DNA from: Gemmatimonadota bacterium
GTDB taxonomy: Bacteria; Gemmatimonadota; Gemmatimonadetes; Gemmatimonadales; GWC2-71-9
Assembly: GCA_039586365.1 (NCBI GenBank)
Contig: JBDHKN010000021.1
Coordinates: forward strand, 1-50,198
Length of the DNA stretch: 50,198 nucleotides
Reading direction: 5' to 3'
Positions 1 to 8,682 of this stretch are shown here, piece by piece (the first letter of the stretch is position 1; each line of letters starts with the position of its first letter). A program made the translations under genes and the position numbers. Under the pieces are notes generated by a model. That model made no database searches, had not been told where the DNA came from, and saw only the letters and a list, made by a program, of their open reading frames with translations.

Positions 1-708
1 TGGATAGTAGAACCGCACGATCTGTCCATAACTCAGCGTTGGACTTGTATCAGCCTCCGGCTCACGCATGGATCTGAGCTTGCTCACACTGTTGTGCGCC
101 ATCCAGCGACTAGCCAGGGCCTCGACCGAAACACCAACCGCCAGTGCCGCAGCGCCAACGTACACACCAGGTGGTGCCAGCAACACGTACAGCGTGACAG
201 CCGTTGTTGCCATTGTCACCAGCCTAAGTACCGTGCCGTAGGCCACGAGCCGTGTACGACCGTCGCGGATCAACAGACCTTGATAGAATCGGCGGTACCC
301 GATCGCGCCCGGCCAAGGCAGCAGAATCCACAAAGCCACATAGGTGAGGCTCGCCACTTCCTTGGGAAGAGCGATGACGTCTTGCATCAAGAAGGCGTAG
401 AAGGGTGGCACCAGGATCAACAGCATTACGCCTGTAACTGCGGCATTGAGACAGTAGGTGAACTTGCGTAGCCGATTGAAGTTGGTAGCGTTATCTACCA
501 AAGCCGTTGACGCGCTCATGATCATGATGACGGGCGCCTCCACCAGGAGCGCGAATGCAAAGGCAACGCCGTGTGCGGCGAGGTTGAACTTGGGATCCGC
601 GAGCCGGGCGATGACAGCGGCCAAAAACGGCCCTTCGAGCGACATCATCAGCCACGTGGCTGCGAGGGGAAGCCAGAAGAGGAAGATGGACTTCTGAGAG
701 TGCTTCAG
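1..708 (-). CDS. ANKH-like / MATE-superfamily multi-pass membrane protein, truncated by the left window edge
   Basis: Not in the ORF track. Manual minus-strand translation is open from 708 to base 1: (L/M)KHSQKSIFLFWLPLAATWLMMSLEGPFLAAVIARLADPKFNLAAHGVAFAFALLVEAPVIMIMSASTALV...WPGAIGYRRFYQGLLIRDGRTRLVAYGTVLRL...LSYGQIVRFYYP. Hydrophobic helices, with the start of a second internal repeat (IVRFYYP vs IFLFWLP). Start placed at CTG 708 with GGAG 8 nt upstream. Confidence 0.8.
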   Translation of the reverse strand, partial: MKHSQKSIFLFWLPLAATWLMMSLEGPFLAAVIARLADPKFNLAAHGVAFAFALLVEAPVIMIMSASTALVDNATNFNRLRKFTYCLNAAVTGVMLLILVPPFYAFLMQDVIALPKEVASLTYVALWILLPWPGAIGYRRFYQGLLIRDGRTRLVAYGTVLRLVTMATTAVTLYVLLAPPGVYVGAAALAVGVSVEALASRWMAHNSVSKLRSMREPEADTSPTLSYGQIVRFYYP

Positions 709-900
709 GGCTGCGTCTCCGGCGGAAGATCGGGATAAAGATACCAGGGATGCGAGAAGTAGGCTTCACCGCTCGCCCGCGAGTTCGTCAACTGATTCTG
801 GACCCAACAGGAGCACCTTGGGTGTACCATGGTGGCACAGCTAGTCGTACGTTGCTGGCCACTAATGGTTAGAACTGAGTCACACTTATCACGAACGCCG

Positions 901-1878
901 ATGAGATCTGCGCTGACACGTGTAGTCCTATGTGGGTGTTATCTGTGCAACGCTGCGTGCACTGGATTAGCCGACTCGAGGGTTGTCGAGTGCATTGCAC
1001 CGGCCAACGCCGGTGGTGGTTGGGATCTGACCTGCAGAACGATAGGACGAATCCTGTCAGAACTCGAGCTCGTGAGCGGAACAGTGCGGGTAACCAACAT
1101 GCCCGGGGCAGGTGGCGGAGTGGCCTTCGTCCACACCGTCACTCAGCGAGCAACCGATCAAAGCCTCATCGTCGCCGCGAGTTCGAGCACGACGCTGAAC
1201 CTGGCTCAAGGTCTCTGGGGATCTCTCACCGAAAGAGACGTTCGCTGGCTCGGGGCCGTCGGGGCTGAGTATGGAGCCTTCGCAGTGCGATCTGACGCCC
1301 GGTGGCAGCATCTGGGAGAATTGGTGGAGGAGTGGAGGCGCAATCCCGCCGCAATTGTGGTGAGCGGCGGCAGCGCAGTGGCTAGTCAGGATCACATGAA
1401 AGTCCTCCTCCTGGCAAACGCCGCTGGGATCAATGCCGCCAAAATCCGCTTTGTTCCCTTTGACGGCGGCGGTGAAGCCATGTCGGCGTTGCTGGGAGGA
1501 TTCGTCCAGCTGTTCTCCGGCGACGCCTCCGAGATGATCCCACAACTCGACGCGGGGAACGTCCGAGTCTTGACGGTGTTCGCTCCCGAACGACTTGGCG
1601 GGCGGTTTGCTGATGTTCCTACCGCCAGAGAATCAGGCTTCGACGTGGAGTGGATCAACTGGCGCGGCCTGTACGTACCCGCGGATGTCTCACAGGAAGC
1701 CTACACCGTCTGGCTCGACAGGATCACGGTGCTCGGCCAGTCCGAAGCGTGGCAGCGGGCCCGGGAACAGAGCCGACTCGAACCGTTCTTGCTCGTCGGT
1801 ACGGAATTTGAGCAGTTTGTGCACGATCAGGTCGTGACATTCCGCGACATGGCGAGAGAGATCGGGATCGTCCAATGA
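901..1878 (+). CDS. tctC: Tripartite tricarboxylate transporter substrate-binding protein (Bug/TctC)
   Basis: PANAGGGWDLTCR, NMPGAGG, VPFDGGGEA, DVPTARESG and NWRG motifs; followed by tctB and tctA. Start chosen at ATG 901 (ORF open from 829). Confidence 0.92.
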   Translation: MRSALTRVVLCGCYLCNAACTGLADSRVVECIAPANAGGGWDLTCRTIGRILSELELVSGTVRVTNMPGAGGGVAFVHTVTQRATDQSLIVAASSSTTLNLAQGLWGSLTERDVRWLGAVGAEYGAFAVRSDARWQHLGELVEEWRRNPAAIVVSGGSAVASQDHMKVLLLANAAGINAAKIRFVPFDGGGEAMSALLGGFVQLFSGDASEMIPQLDAGNVRVLTVFAPERLGGRFADVPTARESGFDVEWINWRGLYVPADVSQEAYTVWLDRITVLGQSEAWQRAREQSRLEPFLLVGTEFEQFVHDQVVTFRDMAREIGIVQ

Positions 1879-2327
1879 CGAAGCTGCCGAGTGACAGGAT
1901 CGTTGGCGCACTATGCCTGTTGGCGGCGGCACTGATCGCGATAGAGGCTCGTACATTCACCGTCAGCTTCCTCACTGACCCAATTGGACCCAAGGCTCTA
2001 CCGTTCTTGGTGGCTGTGCTGTTTGCCGTTGCTGGGGGCTCTTTGCTAGCGCGTCCCCAACCCGAGCCGTCCTGGCCAAGTCGGACGATTTGGTTGCGGG
2101 GTGGTATGGTGGTTTCAAGCCTAGCACTCTATGCCTCCATCCTTCCGTTCCTCGGGTTCTTCGTGTCGACCACACTCGAAGTGACGGTCTTGGCCCTGCT
2201 ATTCAAGGGACCGCCGGTCAAGAGCGTGGCTGCAGCTGTGGCTTACAGCGGCGTGCTCTACCTGCTGTTCGTGTACGTGTTTGGCCTGCCGCTTCCGGTC
2301 GGCAGCCTCTTTGTGGGAGGGAACTGA
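1875..2327 (+). CDS. tctB: Tripartite tricarboxylate transporter small membrane subunit TctB
   Basis: 150 aa, about 4 TM segments, DPIGPKALP and LGLPLP-type motifs; ATGA overlap with tctC. Confidence 0.88.
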   Translation: MTKLPSDRIVGALCLLAAALIAIEARTFTVSFLTDPIGPKALPFLVAVLFAVAGGSLLARPQPEPSWPSRTIWLRGGMVVSSLALYASILPFLGFFVSTTLEVTVLALLFKGPPVKSVAAAVAYSGVLYLLFVYVFGLPLPVGSLFVGGN

Positions 2328-2329
2328 GC

Positions 2330-3850
2330 TTGGAGGCGTTGGCCCAGCTGCTGGGCGGCTTTGCAGTGGCGCTGCAGCCGTTGAACCTGGTGGTTGCATT
2401 CCTGGGCGTTCTCATCGGAACGGTGGTCGGCATGCTTCCCGGAATCGGTCCGATCAACGCTATCGCCGTGCTGATACCGATAACATTCGCCTCCGGCATG
2501 CCCCCCGAGTCCGCCTTGATCCTTCTCGCCGGAATCTACTACGGCTCCCAATTCGGAAATTCAATCAGCACGATTCTGCTCAATGTTCCGGGGACCGCAT
2601 CGGCAGTCGTCACCGCCCTGGATGGCCATGCGATGACCAAGCTGGGCCGGGCCGGGCCCGCCCTTGCCATGTCGGCCATCGCCTCTTTTGTCGGTGGTAC
2701 GTTGTCGGTCTTCGGGCTCGTTCTGTTTGCTCCAGCACTGGCTGGCTGGGCCATCCGGTTCGGTCCTGCCGAGTACGTGGCACTCATGATCTTCGCATTC
2801 TCCGCCCTCTCGAGCCTGACGGGAGGGAGTGTGCCAAAGGCACTGCTGGCCACGGGAATGGGATTGTTCCTCGCAACCGTGGGGATCGATCCTCACAGCG
2901 CTGTTCCGCGCTTCACATTCGGTCAGCTAAAGCTGCTCGATGGTATGGACTTCGTTGTCGTGACAGTTGGCCTCTTCGCTGTTAGCGAAGTCCTTCAGGT
3001 CCTCGAGGAAACGGAGCAGGGCCAGGCTGTGGTCACCCCGTTTGGGAGGGTCAGGATCAGGATGCAGGAACTCGTCAGCACTGCGTGGACCATGATCCGC
3101 GGCAGCATCAGCGGGTTCTTCATTGGAGTGTTGCCGGGCGCAGGGGGCACGATAGCGAGCTTCGTTGCATATGCGACCGAACAACGTCTCGTAGATCGGG
3201 AGGGAACATTCGGCAAAGGGGATATCCGAGGTGTAGCGGCACCCGAGGCGGCCAACAATGCAGCTGCAACTGGCGCCATGATTCCCATGCTCACATTGGG
3301 TGTGCCGGGAAGTGGGACGACAGCGGTCCTGCTCGGTGCTTTGATAGGACTCAACATCACCCCAGGGCCACTCTTGATCCAGCACAACCCCGAAGTGTTC
3401 TGGGGCCTCGCAGCGTCGATGTATATCGGCAACGCCTTTCTTCTGCTCCTCAACCTGCCGCTGATTGGCATATTCGTAAGGGTGCTCACGGTACCGCGGT
3501 GGTTTCTGCTGCCCGCGGTCGCGGCTTTGAGCTTCATCGCGGTGTACGCTGTGAACCAGAGCCCGTTCGATCTGATACTGATGGCTGGTTTCGGCTTGCT
3601 CGGTTACTTCCTGCGGAAACTGCGCATACCGCTGGCCCCCATCATCCTGGGCCTGGTACTGGGTCCACTGGTCGAGAAGAATCTCCGACGCGCCTTGGCA
3701 CTGAGCGGAGGCGACTGGAGAGTGCTGTTCTCCAGCCCGCTCGCCATTGGCCTCTGGGCGGTTGCAGCGCTGAGCCTCCTTTTGCCGGTGCTGCTCTCCC
3801 GAGCCGCAACTGCCCGCGGTGCGATCGCAAGCACTTCAGAACCGGACTAG
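2330..3850 (+). CDS. tctA: Tripartite tricarboxylate transporter large permease TctA
   Basis: GMLPGIG, IYYGSQFG, NVPGT, APEAANNA and PMLTLGVPGSGTTA motifs. TTG start at 2330, just after the tctB stop. Confidence 0.93.
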   Translation: MEALAQLLGGFAVALQPLNLVVAFLGVLIGTVVGMLPGIGPINAIAVLIPITFASGMPPESALILLAGIYYGSQFGNSISTILLNVPGTASAVVTALDGHAMTKLGRAGPALAMSAIASFVGGTLSVFGLVLFAPALAGWAIRFGPAEYVALMIFAFSALSSLTGGSVPKALLATGMGLFLATVGIDPHSAVPRFTFGQLKLLDGMDFVVVTVGLFAVSEVLQVLEETEQGQAVVTPFGRVRIRMQELVSTAWTMIRGSISGFFIGVLPGAGGTIASFVAYATEQRLVDREGTFGKGDIRGVAAPEAANNAAATGAMIPMLTLGVPGSGTTAVLLGALIGLNITPGPLLIQHNPEVFWGLAASMYIGNAFLLLLNLPLIGIFVRVLTVPRWFLLPAVAALSFIAVYAVNQSPFDLILMAGFGLLGYFLRKLRIPLAPIILGLVLGPLVEKNLRRALALSGGDWRVLFSSPLAIGLWAVAALSLLLPVLLSRAATARGAIASTSEPD

Positions 3851-3878
3851 GCCGGCCAGGGCGACACTAGGCAGTGAA

Positions 3879-3905
3879 CAGCTGTCAGTTATCGGCTGAC
3901 CGCTG
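3879..3905. terminator. Hairpin between convergent tctA and ggt, built from GCTGAYN heptamers
   Basis: CAGC-T-GTCAGTT-ATC-GGCTGAC-C-GCTG imperfect inverted repeat; no U-tract. Confidence 0.4.
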
Positions 3906-3915
3906 ATCGCCCATC

Positions 3916-5661
3916 CTAATAGCCAACAGCGGCCCCACCGCGGCGTGGATCTGAGGCACCCTCCAGAGTACCATCTGACAGTACCATGATTGCCTGGATG
4001 TCTCCGATGTACGGGTACAGAGAGGAGGGATCGTATCGCTCTCGCAGGACGTGTCCCATTGCTTCGAGGGTGGCGATCGTCTTCGGAGCGAGTGATCCCC
4101 GTTCGTAGTCAATACGATCCGGGAGATGCTGGTGATGAATCCGCGGAACCGCCACCGCCGCAACCACGTTCATTCCGTAGTCAACCACGTTGCTGATGTT
4201 CTGGAACACGTTGGTGATAATAGTGGCCCCACCCGGAGAGCCGACCACGTAGAACAGTGACCCGTCTGGCCGTGAAACGATGGATGGGGTCATGGCGCTC
4301 AACATCCGTTTGCCGGGAGCGATTGCGTTTGCCTCACCCTGCACTAGACCGAACATGTTTGCTGTTCCAGGTTTTGCGGCGAAGTCATCCATCTCATTAT
4401 TGAGGAAGAAACCCGCGCCGGGAACGACGGCCTTGATGCCATAGAACGAGTTGATTGTGGTCGTAATCGCCACCGCGTTCCCAGCCCCATCCACCACCGA
4501 GAGGTGAGTAGTGTTGTGATCCTGCTCGTACAATCCCAAGCCGGGACCGACCGCCGCCGACGGTGTGGCACGCTCGAGCGAGATTTGTGACCTACGTGTT
4601 GCTGCGTAACTTGCTGAGACGAAGCTATCCAATGGAATCTCAACGAAGTCGGGATCGCCCAGGTAGGTGTTTCGGTCAGCGTAAGCACGCTTCCATGATT
4701 CAACCAAGAGATGGACCATAGTGGCGGAGTGCCAATCGAGGTTACCGAGTTCATAACCCTCCAAGATCTTGGCCATCGCCGCCAGGGTGGCGCCACCCGA
4801 AGAAGACGGAGGCATCGAGATCACGGTGTACCCACGGTACTCGAACCGGACGGGGTCCCGCCAAGCCGGCGAATAGGCGGCAAGATCATCTAATGTGATG
4901 AGGCCTCCCCCTCGCCGCATTTCCTCGACGACCAGTCGTGCCGTCTCGCCGGCGTAGAATCCGTCACGTCCCTCCTGTTGAATTCGGATCAAGGTACGGG
5001 ATAGATCTGCTTGGACCAGCGTGTCCCCTAACTGCGGTGCCCTTCCGTTCGCAAGGAAGATCGCGGCAGTCTGCGGGTGTCTGGCGAGGTCTGACTCGTG
5101 GGCTGCGAGCGAGCGAACCTGCCGCTCGCGAACCTGGAAGCCTTCCGCTAAGGTGATCGCCGGCGCGATGAGAGCCGCCCACTGCAAGACACCATAGCGT
5201 TGATGCGCTTCCCATAGTCCAGCCACTGTACCGGGGACGCCTACAGCGCGGTGCCCTACCCGCGATCCATCGGTCAGGTTACCGTTGCCATCGAGAAACA
5301 TGTCACGCGATGCCGCCAGCGGAGCTCGTTCGCGGTAATCGAGTGTCGCAGCTGAACCATCAGCAAAGCGGAGCACCATGAAACCGCCACCCCCGATGTT
5401 GCCGGCTTCCGGATTGACTACGGCGAGGGCGAAAGAAGCTGCGATCGCCGCATCCACCGCGTTCCCGCCAGCCCTGAGTATCTGTACACCGACTTCACTG
5501 GCGTATGTATCAGTAGTCACGACCATTCCGTGTTCGGCTCTCACCGGCTGAGCTTGGATGTCGAAGGACCAATCGGGTGGTACGGCCGCTTTCCACGCAG
5601 TGTCGGTGCACGAGACAAGAGGTGCGCAGACTATCAAGGTGACGATTACCGATCGCTGCAC
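3916..5661 (-). CDS. ggt: Gamma-glutamyltransferase, probable lipoprotein
   Basis: GGNAVDAA, GNIGGGGF, DYRERAP, autocleavage Thr in NTTHLSVVD, NNEMDDF, LSAMTP, GSPGG and SDPRRGG. LVSC lipobox. Start uncertain (GTG 5661; ORF open to 5721). Confidence 0.93.
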   Translation of the reverse strand: MQRSVIVTLIVCAPLVSCTDTAWKAAVPPDWSFDIQAQPVRAEHGMVVTTDTYASEVGVQILRAGGNAVDAAIAASFALAVVNPEAGNIGGGGFMVLRFADGSAATLDYRERAPLAASRDMFLDGNGNLTDGSRVGHRAVGVPGTVAGLWEAHQRYGVLQWAALIAPAITLAEGFQVRERQVRSLAAHESDLARHPQTAAIFLANGRAPQLGDTLVQADLSRTLIRIQQEGRDGFYAGETARLVVEEMRRGGGLITLDDLAAYSPAWRDPVRFEYRGYTVISMPPSSSGGATLAAMAKILEGYELGNLDWHSATMVHLLVESWKRAYADRNTYLGDPDFVEIPLDSFVSASYAATRRSQISLERATPSAAVGPGLGLYEQDHNTTHLSVVDGAGNAVAITTTINSFYGIKAVVPGAGFFLNNEMDDFAAKPGTANMFGLVQGEANAIAPGKRMLSAMTPSIVSRPDGSLFYVVGSPGGATIITNVFQNISNVVDYGMNVVAAVAVPRIHHQHLPDRIDYERGSLAPKTIATLEAMGHVLRERYDPSSLYPYIGDIQAIMVLSDGTLEGASDPRRGGAAVGY

Positions 5662-5939
5662 GATGACAACCCCCAATTCACAGGTGAGGCTTGGTAGCGA
5701 CGCCAACTCGACGCCGAGCAATTGAAGCTCAATGATTGAATCTGCCTACGGGAACATCCAAGGTATGCTTGGCTGTTGTTGGAAGCTAGACACTCGCTCC
5801 GACACCTTTATCGCTGGCATTCACGCATTCTTCACGACAGCTTTAACGCGATAACCCGTACTTGTGTGCGCGACGTAGCTGCCCTACGGGGCCACAACAC
5901 CACTGGTTCCGGCTGCTCCGGACAGACGAGGGATGGGAA

Positions 5940-6905
5940 TTGACTGACTTGAAACTGGACGAGACAACACTGCGCACCGTCATCGAGGCAGCACCTTGTG
6001 CCATGATCTTGGTCGATGACAACGGATCCATAGCGCTGGTGAACCGCGCGACCGAGAGACTCTTCGGCTACGATCGAAACATGCTGCTCGGGAAACCGAT
6101 AGAGATCCTAGTGCCGGAAGCCGCCCGTAAAGCACACCATTCTCACCGGCAGCGCTTCAGCGATGTTCCTGACGCTCGGCCCATGGGCAAGACTCGCGAC
6201 CTCATGGCTCGACACCGTGACGGAACTGACGTCCCCGTCGAAGTCGGACTGAGCCCAATCCAGACTCCCGACGGCGTGTTTGTGCTCAGTGCCATTGTAG
6301 ATCTGACCGAAAGGAAGCGGACCGAGCGGAGAATGGATGAGCAAGCTCAACGATTGGCGGAGGTCAACGTCCGACTGGAGGCGATGGCCGCCACTGACAG
6401 TCTTACATCTCTATGGAATCGCCGCGCCTTCCTCGATCAGTTGGGCATTCAGATGGAATCCGCGCTGCGTAATGGTAGACCGCTGTCGGTACTGATCCTG
6501 GATGTAGACCACTTCAAGCCATACAACGATCACTTCGGACATTTGGCCGGTGACGAGGTGCTGCGGAGATTCGCAAATATCCTGCTGGGAATGGCTCGGC
6601 GAAGTGACTACGTTGCACGTCTCGGTGGAGAGGAGTTCGGCGCCGTCCTGCCCGAGACCGACCGACCAGGAGCGGTGAGGCTGGGTGAGCGTTTCCGAAC
6701 TGCGATCGAAACCGTGGCATGGCCAAAGAGACCGATCACAGCGAGTATCGGTGCCACCACGGCCCACTTCACCAGCCAAGGCCCGCGGCCAACGTCGGAG
6801 TGGCTATCCAGGCTACTGATGGACGCTGACCGAGCACTCTACTACGCAAAGGAGCACGGTAGGAACAGGGTGGTACACGTGCAAGACATTCTGCAACAGA
6901 CTTGA
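5940..6905 (+). CDS. PAS-domain diguanylate cyclase
   Basis: N-terminal PAS domain, coiled-coil linker, TDSLT, DVDHFKPYND, GHLAGD, RLGGEEF active site and RRSD I-site. Start TTG 5940 preferred (ORF open from 5862). Confidence 0.9.
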   Translation: MTDLKLDETTLRTVIEAAPCAMILVDDNGSIALVNRATERLFGYDRNMLLGKPIEILVPEAARKAHHSHRQRFSDVPDARPMGKTRDLMARHRDGTDVPVEVGLSPIQTPDGVFVLSAIVDLTERKRTERRMDEQAQRLAEVNVRLEAMAATDSLTSLWNRRAFLDQLGIQMESALRNGRPLSVLILDVDHFKPYNDHFGHLAGDEVLRRFANILLGMARRSDYVARLGGEEFGAVLPETDRPGAVRLGERFRTAIETVAWPKRPITASIGATTAHFTSQGPRPTSEWLSRLLMDADRALYYAKEHGRNRVVHVQDILQQT

Positions 6906-7033
6906 TACGTGACTCCAAACTCCAGCAAGCAGTGAGACAGAGACACCGGCCTTCAGACTCAGCTCTGGGGTCCCCACAAATGGTTGTAGCAAGTTGCCGT
7001 TCGACGTAGTAGTCTTGTTGTGATCCCTGACGT

Positions 7034-7939
7034 TTGGACCTTGAAGAACTGCGGAGTACCCTTCTGACAACGAGCTTCGAGAGTGGCAAACTCTGGCAGT
7101 CCATTAGGGAGCGATCCGAGCATGCGGTCCGCTCCGGGGCACTCGTGAACATAGCCACGCGTATCGAACTCGTGGAGCAAGCCGGCGTCCGGTTCCTGGT
7201 TCGGGTCTTGGAGAGCATCGACCGCAAGCTGGTCGCAGGACTAATGCAAGAAGAGACCGGCGTCAATCCCTTTCTCCCCTACGATGAGGACGTGTTTGTC
7301 GCGGAAATCAGCGACAGCCACGTGTGCCTGCTGAACAAGTTTAACGTCGTCGAACACCACGTGTTGATAGTCACTCGAGTCTTCGAAGACCAGGATACTC
7401 TGCTGACTCAGCGGGACTTCGCAGCGATGTGGCTTTGTTTGAAGGAGTTTGACGGACTTGCGTTCTACAACGCAGGCACAGTGGCCGGTGCGAGCCAGCC
7501 ACACAAGCACCTGCAGCAGGTACCGGTACCCTTCGGGCCCGGTCCGGAGCGCGTGCCTATCGAACCGTTTATCGCTCGTGCGGAGTTCGTTGGACGGTGG
7601 GGAACAGTCCCGGAGTTCCCCTTTGTACATGTCCTAACGCACGTCTCCGAGTTGGCCAGCCTTACCGCTCTCGATGCGGGGCTTGCTACTCAGAGGGTCT
7701 ATACGGAGATGCTCGCTGCCGCCGGTGTGTCCGGCCCCTACAATCTTCTGGTCACCAAGGACTGGATGTTGCTTGCGCCGCGCTCGAGGGAGGCGTGCGA
7801 TCACATCTCGGTCAACGCGCTGGGCTTCGCCGGCTCCCTGCTGGTGCACAACGAGGATGAGCTTCAGCGCGTTCGCAGGGAAGGACCCCTGGCTATTCTA
7901 GAGCAAGTAGGGGTGAGTAGACCGGGCCACCAGGGTTGA
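7034..7939 (+). CDS. ATP adenylyltransferase / Ap4A phosphorylase (Apa2-like, HIT-related)
   Basis: NPFLP, LLNKF, FYN, AGASQPHKHLQ (HxHxQ), YNLL and SVNALGFAGSLLV motifs. Start uncertain. Confidence 0.88.
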   Translation: MDLEELRSTLLTTSFESGKLWQSIRERSEHAVRSGALVNIATRIELVEQAGVRFLVRVLESIDRKLVAGLMQEETGVNPFLPYDEDVFVAEISDSHVCLLNKFNVVEHHVLIVTRVFEDQDTLLTQRDFAAMWLCLKEFDGLAFYNAGTVAGASQPHKHLQQVPVPFGPGPERVPIEPFIARAEFVGRWGTVPEFPFVHVLTHVSELASLTALDAGLATQRVYTEMLAAAGVSGPYNLLVTKDWMLLAPRSREACDHISVNALGFAGSLLVHNEDELQRVRREGPLAILEQVGVSRPGHQG

Positions 7940-8046
7940 GTTCGAGCCTTTACATCTACAATTTGGATCTCTTGTCGACATCGTTTCGACCGCTCTTCCC
8001 AATCACCAGTGTTTGTTGCGCCTGCTAGACGGAGTCTGAAACATCG

Positions 8047-8682
8047 ATGGATGCACAGGTCCCAGCGACCAAGATCCTGATCTTGTTCGCACATCCTGCA
8101 TTGGAGAAGTCTCGGGTGAATCGACGACTAGCCGACGTCGTACGTGATCTACCTGGGGTGACGTTCCATGACCTCTACGAGGTCTATCCGGAATTCGATA
8201 TCGACGTTCCGACAGAACAATCGCTGCTTGCGGCGCACCAGCTGGCAGTGTTTCAGCATCCGTTCTTCTGGTACAGCACCCCGGCCATCTTGAAGCAGTG
8301 GCAGGACCTGGTGTTGCAGCACGGCTGGGCGTACGGATCTGCTGGCACCGCATTGCGTGGTAAGATGATGCTCAGTGTCGTCACCACAGGGGGACGCGAG
8401 GATGCCTACCGTCGAGATGGCTTTAGCCGATTCACGGTACGAGAGCTTCTAGCACCAATCGAACAGACAGCTTACTTGTGTGGCATGGATTACCTACCTC
8501 CATTTGTTGTGCACGGTACCCACAGAATGACTGACGTTGAGATAGCACGGCATGCTGACGACTACCGCCGTGTGATCTGTGCGCTGAGGGATGGTCGCAT
8601 CGATTTCGCTGCCGCGCGCCGTCATGATCGGATCAACCGGAGACTGGACGAGATCGTTCAGGATCCGATGGTGGAGCGCTGA
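8047..8682 (+). CDS. kefG: NAD(P)H-dependent oxidoreductase, Kef ancillary protein (flavodoxin-like)
   Basis: FAHP, DLYEVYPEFDIDV, FQHPFFWYSTPAILKQW, GWAYG and TTGG; TGATG overlap with the Kef antiporter gene. Confidence 0.85.
   Translation: MDAQVPATKILILFAHPALEKSRVNRRLADVVRDLPGVTFHDLYEVYPEFDIDVPTEQSLLAAHQLAVFQHPFFWYSTPAILKQWQDLVLQHGWAYGSAGTALRGKMMLSVVTTGGREDAYRRDGFSRFTVRELLAPIEQTAYLCGMDYLPPFVVHGTHRMTDVEIARHADDYRRVICALRDGRIDFAAARRHDRINRRLDEIVQDPMVER

Noticed and set aside
491..769. 92 aa minus-strand ORF from the track
   Set aside because: Wrong frame; the overlapping frame 1..708 gives a coherent membrane protein.
2090..2329. N-terminal extension of the tctA ORF
   Set aside because: It overlaps tctB and looks non-coding; TTG 2330 is the plausible start.
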